DNA from: Thermoplasmatota archaeon
Lineage (GTDB): Archaea > Thermoplasmatota > Poseidoniia > Poseidoniales > Thalassarchaeaceae
NCBI GenBank assembly: GCA_036336595.1
Contig: JAYZFV010000056.1
Location: 907 to 64,906 of the forward strand
DNA length: 64,000 nt
Direction: 5' to 3'
Part shown: piece after piece, positions 56,171-64,000 of the stretch
How the letters are laid out: every line of letters starts with the position of its first letter
How positions within the stretch are numbered: the first letter of the stretch is position 1
The notes under the pieces: generated by a model
Databases searched by the model: none
Seen by the model: the letters and a program-made list of their open reading frames with translations, nothing else
Told to the model about the DNA's origin: nothing
Translations under genes and position numbers: made by a program

Positions 56171-56952
56171 ATGCGCTCAAGAGCTCCTGCCATGGTATCT
56201 AGAGCGTCACGAAGCACTCGTTGGTTGTCCCACTGCGAAGGCCCTCTCTGGCAAGCGATGACCTCTCCCACCAGAGCCTCAGACGCCCTAGCTACCTCAT
56301 CTACAACCGTCACAGATGCCATCATTGAGGTCCTAGAGAGTGGGTTCAGGTCGATTACCAGGACCTCTTTGCCAAGGGCGATCAGGGCCTCGCAACGATC
56401 ACCGTCCTCAAGCGGAACGAGAACAGTGTCCGCGCTCTCAAGGCCCTCTGCGCTGCAAATTGAGCGGGGCCCCTCCAATCCTTCTATCCGACCATCCGCT
56501 TCAGCGCCCATCAGCCGCACTGAACCAACCGCGTTTAACCAGTTTCCCGAGAACCCTTTGGGAGCCCCTTGGCCCTTTAGGGCCTCTTGCTGCTCTGAGA
56601 GGAGTGATAGCAGCCCCGCGATTCTCCCCGGGCTACGATAGTACAGATTTACTTCAATGGGACACCCGATAGCGGCGGCCACGCGGATCAGACTCTCACC
56701 TGCGAGCACCACAGTGTTACCATTGACTGAGATTACGGGACGCGCGGCCGCACGAAGCCGAGCCGCCACCTCGCGTATGGCGAGGAGAGCGGACTCAGAC
56801 GTTTGCTCACCTAGCAGGTAGTCGTAGGCCTCACCACGGCCTTGGGCTATCATTGCAGACTCGGCTAGCAGACCTTTTGCTGCGGCATCAACGAGCTTCT
56901 GCCTAGCCAATAGAGAATCCCTCCGAGGGTGGCTCTCTGGTATTTCTGCCAT
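56167..56952 (-). CDS. pps: Archaeal phosphopantothenate synthetase
   Basis: IPESHPR, GRGEAYDYLLGE, VISVNGN, EVNLYYR, VPLEDGDR, IDLNPLSRT. Confidence 0.92.
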   Translation of the reverse strand: MAEIPESHPRRDSLLARQKLVDAAAKGLLAESAMIAQGRGEAYDYLLGEQTSESALLAIREVAARLRAAARPVISVNGNTVVLAGESLIRVAAAIGCPIEVNLYYRSPGRIAGLLSLLSEQQEALKGQGAPKGFSGNWLNAVGSVRLMGAEADGRIEGLEGPRSICSAEGLESADTVLVPLEDGDRCEALIALGKEVLVIDLNPLSRTSMMASVTVVDEVARASEALVGEVIACQRGPSQWDNQRVLRDALDTMAGALERI

Positions 56953-56958
56953 TCAAGA

Positions 56959-57900
56959 TCACCCCTCAAAGAGCATTGAGAGATCGAGGGGGGAGACTCC
57001 CCTATTGAGGGCGCTCGAAGAGACGACGTCGACGCCGCTTTCCTTCCATTCCGACAACGAGTCCAAATCCACTCCACCAGAGCCCTCAAGCACACACCAA
57101 TGCCGTAGACTGCTTTCGGAAAGCGCCTCGTTAACCTGACGAGCCTCAACGGGTCCCATGTTGTCTAGCAGTATGACGACCCTGGCAGCTCCGCCCCTCC
57201 TTTCCTGTACATGGTCCCAAGCCGAGGCTACCACCAACGCTTGATCGACTTCTCGGACTTCGAACACGGTAAAATCTGAGTGCTCGTCCATGTCCATTGA
57301 CATCACGACCCTCCTCAACGCTTCTGAATCGCCTTCCCCATCCAATCTCATTGCAGCGATGTCGTTCTCCTTGATCATTAGCGCATCGCCTCTGCTCAAT
57401 CTGTGTGTGAGGCCACCTCCGACGTGGACGGCCCATTTGTGAAGAAGCCCCAAATCAGCCTTTCTGGTGGCTGCAACGTCGATTTCTCCTGCGGCCTCCG
57501 ACCAAAGAGCCACATTTGTGGCTATTCCTGAAAGACCGCCTAGAATGTTCAGCAGAATTCGCTCGGCTTGGAGGGCTTGGACATAGCTTCCCCTAAGTTC
57601 GAGGATTAAGTCGCCTTCGGATATTTTGCCCCCCTCGCTGACATTCCACTCGATCTCGCATCCGTGGAAGTGACGTTCCATTAGACGTTCGACAACTGGC
57701 TTGCCGCAGATTCTACCGGTCTGTCGAGATACAACCCTCGCCCCGACCTTTCCCTCTGGACCGTCCCCACCCCCATGCTCATCTGCGACCATCGCATCCA
57801 CCCAGCCGTCGATGGAATTGAGGAAGAGGTCAGTGGGCCCCCCTGTCTCCAAGTCACCCGACCAGAGCAGGGAGGATCGGTCATGTGGGATGGTTTTCAC
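56959..57900 (-). CDS. nadC: Quinolinate phosphoribosyltransferase (nicotinate-nucleotide diphosphorylase)
   Basis: AERILLN...LSGIAT, ATRK, GGGLTHR, MIKEN, FEV, LLDNM, EGSGG, VDVVSS. GTG start chosen from the promoter motif. Confidence 0.85.
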   Translation of the reverse strand: MKTIPHDRSSLLWSGDLETGGPTDLFLNSIDGWVDAMVADEHGGGDGPEGKVGARVVSRQTGRICGKPVVERLMERHFHGCEIEWNVSEGGKISEGDLILELRGSYVQALQAERILLNILGGLSGIATNVALWSEAAGEIDVAATRKADLGLLHKWAVHVGGGLTHRLSRGDALMIKENDIAAMRLDGEGDSEALRRVVMSMDMDEHSDFTVFEVREVDQALVVASAWDHVQERRGGAARVVILLDNMGPVEARQVNEALSESSLRHWCVLEGSGGVDLDSLSEWKESGVDVVSSSALNRGVSPLDLSMLFEG

Positions 57901-57961
57901 GTGATTACGTGACGACGCCATGTATTGAATGGTGCGAAGCACCGTTAGGCAATCGGCACCG

Positions 57962-58201
57962 TCACTCGACTGCGTCTAGACCCGACTCCGCCGCGGCAAG
58001 GCAGGCGAGGATGTCATCCACAGTCGCCCGCGTCCTTCTCAAGTTCCCAGACGGCACGGTGATTCGTAGTTCGAAACCCTCTTCGCCTTTTGACAACGAT
58101 GCCTCGAAATCGTCCGGGTCGTCGGGGGTGACGGCTGCCAACAGAGCCTCGGCCCGCTCTCTCGAACCCGTCCAGACGATTTCAGCTTCGGCGTTTCCCA
58201 T
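57962..58201 (-). CDS. pcc1: KEOPS complex Pcc1-like subunit
   Basis: 79 aa, A..PD...LRITV...L...RATVDDIL.CL pattern. Confidence 0.7.
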   Translation of the reverse strand: MGNAEAEIVWTGSRERAEALLAAVTPDDPDDFEASLSKGEEGFELRITVPSGNLRRTRATVDDILACLAAAESGLDAVE

Positions 58202-58270
58202 GCTGCGACAACCTAATGACTACCGAGAAATTTCATCATTCCCAACGCTCAACCAGAATAGTCGGGCATC

Positions 58271-59389
58271 TCAAACTCCCCAGAACCTGTTTCCAGAACC
58301 CAGGTCATCGTCTTCGGAGAATGATTGAACGACGGTCCTAAGAAAATAGTAGAGCACGACGGAGAATATTGGGAGCCCCCAATCATCCGAGACCTGCGAG
58401 ACCACGAGGACGTAGTCACCTTGAGTGATGACTTGGAGAGCAACCTTGAGTATCGCGTCCGCGAAGGTGTAGACCACGCCGCTCAGACCGACGAGCAGCA
58501 CGCTCCGACCAGTGAAGGTGCCCTCCTTCCAGCGTAAGACACCTAGGGAGAGTGCGAACGAGAACAGCGAGATCAGAATCCATGGGAGAACATCATCGAG
58601 AGTTTTGGTGATCAGCCATAGGAGTCCCTCATTGGGGACGGGACCAGTCATTTTCTGGTATGAAAGGAGCACCGCGAGGAGTAGTGAAACAATCGAGAGC
58701 CCCCAGAGCAAAGAAGAGAAGAGTCCCCCCGTCGCGCTCTCCCTCATGTCCATCATCAGGCGTTCCATCTGCTGCTCCCACCCAAGCCCCTTTCCGAGGA
58801 GCCAGATTCCAATAATGAGTGGTAGCGCCCCGATGAGCATGATGCCATTTGGCAAGATAAGCCCAAGGCCTAGAATCATCAGGAACACGGCCAACGGAAC
58901 CAGTAGTCGAGCCCGGAACCTAGGGTCCTCCACGGCCTTGATGATGTAGTAGTAGGTCCCTTCTATGCCCTTGGACTGCCTGACGATTATCTTCTCTACA
59001 GTATCGACCCTTATCCTCGAAGTAATGATTGGCAGAGACGCCTCGTCGTCTGCCCCATCCGTAACCAGAAGTGCACTGTCGGGCTGGAAATCTTGAATGA
59101 CCTCGTCCAGCTGGCTGGCGATTGCCCGGTCGCTCCTCGGTCCGACCCTCACGTCGCCGGTGAGGATTGCGATCTCGACCTCGTCATTGGCCTCTGCGCC
59201 TTCCGCTAGGCGGTCGTGGTGGTGCAGCGCGCCCAGTATTGCGTTGGTGTCGGATTCCTCGGGATCAGCAATGCCCAGCCTCAAGGCGGCAGTCAGCGTG
59301 GATTTGCGTCCTACCACTGGCCCCCTGATTCCAGACTTGACACCGAGGTCGTTGTCCCTATCGACTGTCAGGACGAGCGTGCGAACCAT
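58271..59389 (-). CDS. DUF373-family membrane protein
   Basis: LVLTVDRDNDLG, DPEESDTN, VTDGADDE, VRQSKGIEGTYY. Confidence 0.88.
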   Translation of the reverse strand: MVRTLVLTVDRDNDLGVKSGIRGPVVGRKSTLTAALRLGIADPEESDTNAILGALHHHDRLAEGAEANDEVEIAILTGDVRVGPRSDRAIASQLDEVIQDFQPDSALLVTDGADDEASLPIITSRIRVDTVEKIIVRQSKGIEGTYYYIIKAVEDPRFRARLLVPLAVFLMILGLGLILPNGIMLIGALPLIIGIWLLGKGLGWEQQMERLMMDMRESATGGLFSSLLWGLSIVSLLLAVLLSYQKMTGPVPNEGLLWLITKTLDDVLPWILISLFSFALSLGVLRWKEGTFTGRSVLLVGLSGVVYTFADAILKVALQVITQGDYVLVVSQVSDDWGLPIFSVVLYYFLRTVVQSFSEDDDLGSGNRFWGV

Positions 59390-59425
59390 GGTCCCCTCCG
59401 TTTGCTATTACTAGGGTCCTTCCAC

Positions 59426-60595
59426 TTATGAGGAATTGGCCGAACTGCTCCCCTCCCCCTCGTCTACTGTAGCCTCGGGCGTGGTCGTGTCTTGATATCG
59501 CCGCCTCTGCTTGACCCTGATGTACTTCAGGGGATGCGTCATCCACTCTTGATCGCATAGTGGATCGTCCCCCACTTGAACGGGGCATCTGGCATTAGTC
59601 TTCAGCGCCGGGCATCCATGGGGGGTGTACTCGCGTTCGTAAATCTGGTTAACCTGGTAGGAAGTGGTATCGGCATCAAAGTCGGGTGCATTGGCAAAGA
59701 AGTTGCAAGCCTGTTCCCGCGGGAGTCCGAGGGCACGTGAGAATGCTGCTAGGAATACCCGGCCTACATGGTTGACATTGACCCCTTGGTTCAACTCGGA
59801 GACTGCCGATTCGAAGCATGGCGGCCAATCATCGCGAATTGCAGCGGTCATCGGCATCTCAGCCTCGACACGTTCTGATAGAAGTCCCGTGATGCGCTCA
59901 ACGGGTTCGGCGAACCTTGCCGCGGTCTCGTCATCCATCCTTTCCATTCTATCTAGGCAGCCCTGGTGAAGATGCTCTCGAATTCTTTCCTTGATCAGCC
60001 TTGCAGTTCTCTCTCTGCTCGACTCCCCAGCCCCTGCATTCAAGCATACCCACCCACCAATCACCGGCCTGTTTACCAGCCTCCAGTAGTTGCCCGAGAT
60101 GCGCGGGCACAATTCGACGAAATCAGCTAGTGGGACCCAGTACTCCACGTCCCTCGCCACATTTCCATCAGCTCTGATGCCGGAGAGGTACGAACCGGAG
60201 ATCAAGGGGAAACTACCACTATCGATTCCCAGAAGGCGATCGGCTCTGCCAGCCTCTCCCTCGATCCACCTTGCGAGCAGCCTTTCATCGAACGAGGCAC
60301 AAACAACTAGCATCGCGTGTAGAAATGAGAGAGCCTCCGTCATCCTCCCAATCTCGGTCGATAAATCGATGGTCGAGGACTCATCGACGCCGTCCTCTTG
60401 AAGCACCGAATCCACTAATCTGATTCGACCCCTAACCCTCACATCCTCGAGCCACGGGGCCTCTATTAGCTCCTCAATCGAAATTCCGTTTTCCTCCAGC
60501 ACCCTCTTGATGAACTCGCTGCCCTGAGGAAGAAACGGGTAACGGGCGAGCAGCCCGTCGTCGTCGATATGCGGAAGGACGAGAGGCATGGGCAT
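59426..60595 (-). CDS. priL: DNA primase large subunit
   Basis: ARYPFL, WRLVNR..GGWV, PPCF, HVGR, PDFD...YQV, four Cys for the Fe-S domain. Confidence 0.9.
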   Translation of the reverse strand: MPMPLVLPHIDDDGLLARYPFLPQGSEFIKRVLEENGISIEELIEAPWLEDVRVRGRIRLVDSVLQEDGVDESSTIDLSTEIGRMTEALSFLHAMLVVCASFDERLLARWIEGEAGRADRLLGIDSGSFPLISGSYLSGIRADGNVARDVEYWVPLADFVELCPRISGNYWRLVNRPVIGGWVCLNAGAGESSRERTARLIKERIREHLHQGCLDRMERMDDETAARFAEPVERITGLLSERVEAEMPMTAAIRDDWPPCFESAVSELNQGVNVNHVGRVFLAAFSRALGLPREQACNFFANAPDFDADTTSYQVNQIYEREYTPHGCPALKTNARCPVQVGDDPLCDQEWMTHPLKYIRVKQRRRYQDTTTPEATVDEGEGSSSANSS

Positions 60596-60651
60596 GGGTG
60601 ACAATAGTCCGCGAGGGTTCTTCAATACTCACCGAGCCCTTCCACTGGAGC

Positions 60652-61416
60652 ATGTCAAGCCGCAAAGGACCAACAGACCTATCGCCCATTGACCCAGTAT
60701 TGATTGAGTTGCAGGACGAAGTCCGAGAGTTCTTCGATTGGGACCTTGGGGGCGACGTGGATAGCGCCGAGCTCCTGCTCGCGAGAGTCGAGGAGTCGGA
60801 AATTGATATGTGGGCTAGGCACAACCGCCTTGTAGCCATAGCCCGACTCTTCCGAAGGCTGGTTATCAGAGATTCTGAGATAGCAGTTCTCGGATCCGCA
60901 ATAGAGCCCGATGAATTGATCCCGACTCTTGAACGCCCGACCCTATTCGTAGCCGCCGACGGCGCTTCCGGGGTATTCTCCGAGTTACCCGGTTCGCTGT
61001 CAGAGAAGGCGTGGTCACGCCTCGTCTGCGTCGTGAGTGATGCCGATGGGGGGGATGGGACAGAACAGGCGGTCAAGCGATCCGTCCCTTTCGTTCTCCA
61101 CGCCCATGGCGACAACAAGCAAGACTGGGGTGCATTGTTGGACATCGCCGAGACCATGGCTAACCCACCCAGCCTCGTGCTAACGCATCAGGCACCCAAG
61201 GCCATTGATGGGATGCACAATCCGGGAGGCTTCACCGATGGGGACAGAGCAGTCTGTTTCCTCAGGGCGCTCGGCGTCAGAACGGACCGAATCTCAGTGC
61301 TAGGGACGAGGACCGATCTTGTTGGTCGTTGGTCGGGAGCTACCCAAGAGCAAACAAAACTCCAGAAACTGAGCTGGATGGCTAGGTTCTTGGACATCCA
61401 AGGAGTAGAGTGGTGA
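60652..61416 (+). CDS. mptE: 6-hydroxymethyl-7,8-dihydropterin pyrophosphokinase (DUF115)
   Basis: AADGA, VVSDADG, HAHGDN, GGFTDGDRA, KLQKL.W. Confidence 0.82.
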   Translation: MSSRKGPTDLSPIDPVLIELQDEVREFFDWDLGGDVDSAELLLARVEESEIDMWARHNRLVAIARLFRRLVIRDSEIAVLGSAIEPDELIPTLERPTLFVAADGASGVFSELPGSLSEKAWSRLVCVVSDADGGDGTEQAVKRSVPFVLHAHGDNKQDWGALLDIAETMANPPSLVLTHQAPKAIDGMHNPGGFTDGDRAVCFLRALGVRTDRISVLGTRTDLVGRWSGATQEQTKLQKLSWMARFLDIQGVEW

Positions 61417-62598
61417 TCAACTCACTTCGAAGGTTCCAGCTTCAACCTGAGAACCATCGCTGCTAATGGTACCCGGAATCTCCTCCACGTCTCCACGGTT
61501 GTTGATCGAGACCGTGAACTCCGTATCCCCCTCCTCGCCCTCTGCTTCGAAGTGCTGGACCATGACCGAATAGATTCCTGCAGGGGGGCCCTCGGTCCAT
61601 GACACCACCTGATTGCCCTTGTTCGGATCGTAGCCGTCGATGTCGAAGGACCCTCCCGTCGGCCCATCTGGGCTGAAGAACGAGATGACATCTCCATCCG
61701 GAGAAACCACAGACAGCCCCAGATCACTGGATGAATCCCAGTTTAGGGTGACAGAAACCCCCTCTCTCACGGTACCGACCCTACGCCGCAGGGCATCGAC
61801 TTCCTTGGCCTCGGCAAACTCCTCGGTTTCCCCTACGGCAGCCTCCTGCGGAGCCCCCTCCTCGTCCCCTTCCCCAAGATCAGCGATGGCGAACTTTGCT
61901 ACGAACTGCAGGTCGTTGCTCTTCTCTATCGTTCCCTCGTAGAATCGCTTGCTTTCTCCGATCGAGACGCTTACGGTGTAGTCGGTTGCATTTTTCATAT
62001 GCAGCCTAGAGAGCAGTGGAGCCCATGCGAACAGGCCACGCTTGTGTATCTTGTAGTGGCGAATACCTATCCGGTAAACCCCCGCGGGCGGGGTCCGAGT
62101 CCAGACTATGTTCTCGATGGGCGTCTTGGAAGTCGGCTTGAAGTTCATGTCAATGTCCAATTCTCCCTCGCAAGTCGACTTCCTGTTGTCGTGGTAGATA
62201 TGCTCCCCAGAGGGGGTGATGAGGTGGAGGTCCAGGTCGTTCCAGTTGTTCCACATTAGGCTGATTTGCACCGCACCTCTCTTCGCCCCCTCCCTCTCGA
62301 GCCGCTTCTCGAGAACCGAAACATCTCGGCTACTGACTTCAGCCTCCTGCACCCCTTCACCTATGGACGACCCTTCGCCGAGGGCCTCCGTAGTGGTTGG
62401 AACCAGAGACCGGTCCCTCCTCGAGCCGCTCCTGCGTCGCCTGGCCCTAGCTCCTTCGGAGATGTGTTCCGGTAGATTGGTTCGGGTGGATGGCAGGATG
62501 GTTCGTCGCTTCCCGGAACGGGCAATCCTGTAGATGCCATGCAGGGTAGCAGCGAGGACGATGACGATGATGACGATGGACAAGAGGTCAATGGCCAC
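61417..62598 (-). CDS. Membrane-anchored protein with two YfaP/DUF2135-like domains
   Basis: N-terminal TM. ISLMWNNWNDLDLH.ITPSG...GELDIDMN...ENIVW..PPAGVY, then a second degenerate copy VTLNWDSSSDLGL...PPAGIY. Confidence 0.72.
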   Translation of the reverse strand: MAIDLLSIVIIVIVLAATLHGIYRIARSGKRRTILPSTRTNLPEHISEGARARRRRSGSRRDRSLVPTTTEALGEGSSIGEGVQEAEVSSRDVSVLEKRLEREGAKRGAVQISLMWNNWNDLDLHLITPSGEHIYHDNRKSTCEGELDIDMNFKPTSKTPIENIVWTRTPPAGVYRIGIRHYKIHKRGLFAWAPLLSRLHMKNATDYTVSVSIGESKRFYEGTIEKSNDLQFVAKFAIADLGEGDEEGAPQEAAVGETEEFAEAKEVDALRRRVGTVREGVSVTLNWDSSSDLGLSVVSPDGDVISFFSPDGPTGGSFDIDGYDPNKGNQVVSWTEGPPAGIYSVMVQHFEAEGEEGDTEFTVSINNRGDVEEIPGTISSDGSQVEAGTFEVS

Positions 62599-62787
62599 GC
62601 GACCGAACGTGCGCGCTGTCTTTTGATAACATCGGTCGAACAGACCCGGCTCTCAGGCCAAAACGGATGCTACCGCCGGTTGTTTCATAATCATAGCAAG
62701 TCTCCTCTGCGAGGAGGGGAGCGGTAGCAATGGGAATATTCGGAATCTCAGTCAGCAGACAACCCCTATCATATCGGAGGTAGCAGG

Positions 62788-64000
62788 GTGAGGAGAGCAG
62801 CGGTCCTCGTCGTCATGCTGTTCGTTCTGCCGTTGCTCACACAGACTTCCAGCCACTCGGTGGACCCACGTGCTCAGTCGACATTGGGAAGGTCCACCGA
62901 TGCAGATGTCGCAGTGACCGACCTGAACGTCACGACACCGTCGGTCATGATTTCTGGGGTACCCACTCTCGCACCGCAGACCCACATCATACGGGTAAGC
63001 ATACTGAACCTTGGCGGCTCTTCCGCAGACGGAAACCTTACCCTCGAGGCCAATACTGGCTCGGGCTTTGCAGAGGTGGATGAAAGGGTAATCAGCATCA
63101 ACCCCGGACAGCAAGAGGTTCACCTGCTCTATTGGGACGCTACCGCAGGCTCCGGATACGGATTGAGGGCGGTTTGGGACGTTAACCTGTCGATCTCAAC
63201 CGATTCCGACGCGAGCAACGACGAGATTACAATGTCTGGTATCAACGTCATTTCTGTGGAGGACGCACTACCCATCGCAGACTCCCTACCAGATAATGGA
63301 GACACGATGGCTAGGGCGCAGTGGGTGGGTGGCATCACCGTGGTTAACGCGGGCAACCAGCCGGTCAACGTGACTGCACAACTGGCTCTTACCTCCACAT
63401 CATCAGGAGACCAGATGCAGATTCAATCGACCACGGCGGAGGTGCCAGCTGGGAGCCTCGCCAATCCCCCCGAGCCTCAGAACCTCTCCCTCAGCTTCGA
63501 CGGCACGAACCTGGAGGGAACCTACACCTTGTCGGGGAGCCTACTGGTTACAGGACCCTCTGGGACCCCGAGCACCGTCACCATCGATTCACGCACCGTC
63601 TCGTTCATCGCGCTGAGGGCCACGCTGATAGCCGCTAGCAACAGGAACATAGATCCCGGTGGCGAGACCATCCTCAATTTCATACTGCAGAACTCCGGTG
63701 ACGAGGGGGACAACTTCACCGTCACCCAGAGCAACACCTCCTCCCCCGGCGAGTATTGGGCAAACGTCTCGTCGACCATCCATTCCACAAGCGACCCGTT
63801 GTTCGTCGACTCCGGGGATACCGTGGCAATCCAGGTTCCCGTCGAGGTTCCATCAGACGCAGCCATCTCCGAGTCGGTGCGAATCACCGTCGCTGTTCAG
63901 AGCCACGCGGCTGGCTACGTGCTCGACGCGAGCTCCGTTGTCATGGCCGGCGGCTTGTACCAGTCCGAAATAACTCAGAATCACAGCCACCCCAGCGGCG
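62788..64000 (+). CDS. Large secreted CARDB/Ig-like surface protein (3'-truncated; missing from ORF track)
   Basis: SD GGAGGT at 62776, GTG start, MRRAAVLVVMLFVLPLL signal, DVAVTDL..IRVSILNLG, DSDASNDE, FILQNSGDEGDNF. No stop codon before 64000. Confidence 0.8.
   Translation, partial: MRRAAVLVVMLFVLPLLTQTSSHSVDPRAQSTLGRSTDADVAVTDLNVTTPSVMISGVPTLAPQTHIIRVSILNLGGSSADGNLTLEANTGSGFAEVDERVISINPGQQEVHLLYWDATAGSGYGLRAVWDVNLSISTDSDASNDEITMSGINVISVEDALPIADSLPDNGDTMARAQWVGGITVVNAGNQPVNVTAQLALTSTSSGDQMQIQSTTAEVPAGSLANPPEPQNLSLSFDGTNLEGTYTLSGSLLVTGPSGTPSTVTIDSRTVSFIALRATLIAASNRNIDPGGETILNFILQNSGDEGDNFTVTQSNTSSPGEYWANVSSTIHSTSDPLFVDSGDTVAIQVPVEVPSDAAISESVRITVAVQSHAAGYVLDASSVVMAGGLYQSEITQNHSHPSG

Noticed and set aside
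62555..62580. GACGAT/GATGAC short tandem repeat
   Set aside because: Simply Ile/Val codons of a transmembrane helix on the minus strand.
1..64000. CRISPR array, rRNA, SRP or RNase P RNA
   Set aside because: No regularly spaced repeats seen, and no intergenic gap is long enough or carries the conserved motifs.

Overview
Gene-dense (~67 CDS, 2 tRNAs) chromosomal segment of an archaeon. Archaeal markers (PriL, DnaG, Pcc1, thermosome, Nre, phosphopantothenate synthetase, MptE, THEP1 NTPase) occur alongside bacterial-type genes (UvrA, PurH/PurN, GcvH, KynU, MMPL, RNase HI) and many secreted Ig-like or lipoprotein genes. This mix best fits Marine Group II Euryarchaeota (Ca. Poseidoniales), which is an inference. 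I saw no CRISPR array, integrase, transposase or rRNA. Most genes are housekeeping, with a low-GC sulfotransferase/methyltransferase/glycosyltransferase island at ~24-28 kb and a very high-GC segment at ~2.5-10.6 kb. Best leads: (1) a speD-like + non-canonical deoxyhypusine-synthase-like pair, a candidate alternative polyamine pathway; (2) a solitary Eco57I/TaqI-type DNA methyltransferase whose catalytic NPPY is RPPW, next to an RHH/coiled-coil/PIP-like/winged-helix protein; (3) a highly structured leader RNA and palindromic operator upstream of dnaG; (4) a degenerate TATA-like TT(C/G)A motif ~30 bp before many starts; (5) a GGR-HAD-MMPL-SDR-lipoprotein run; (6) a 3-hydroxykynurenine-type KynU plus NadC. 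All calls come from motif recognition by eye; no database searches were run.
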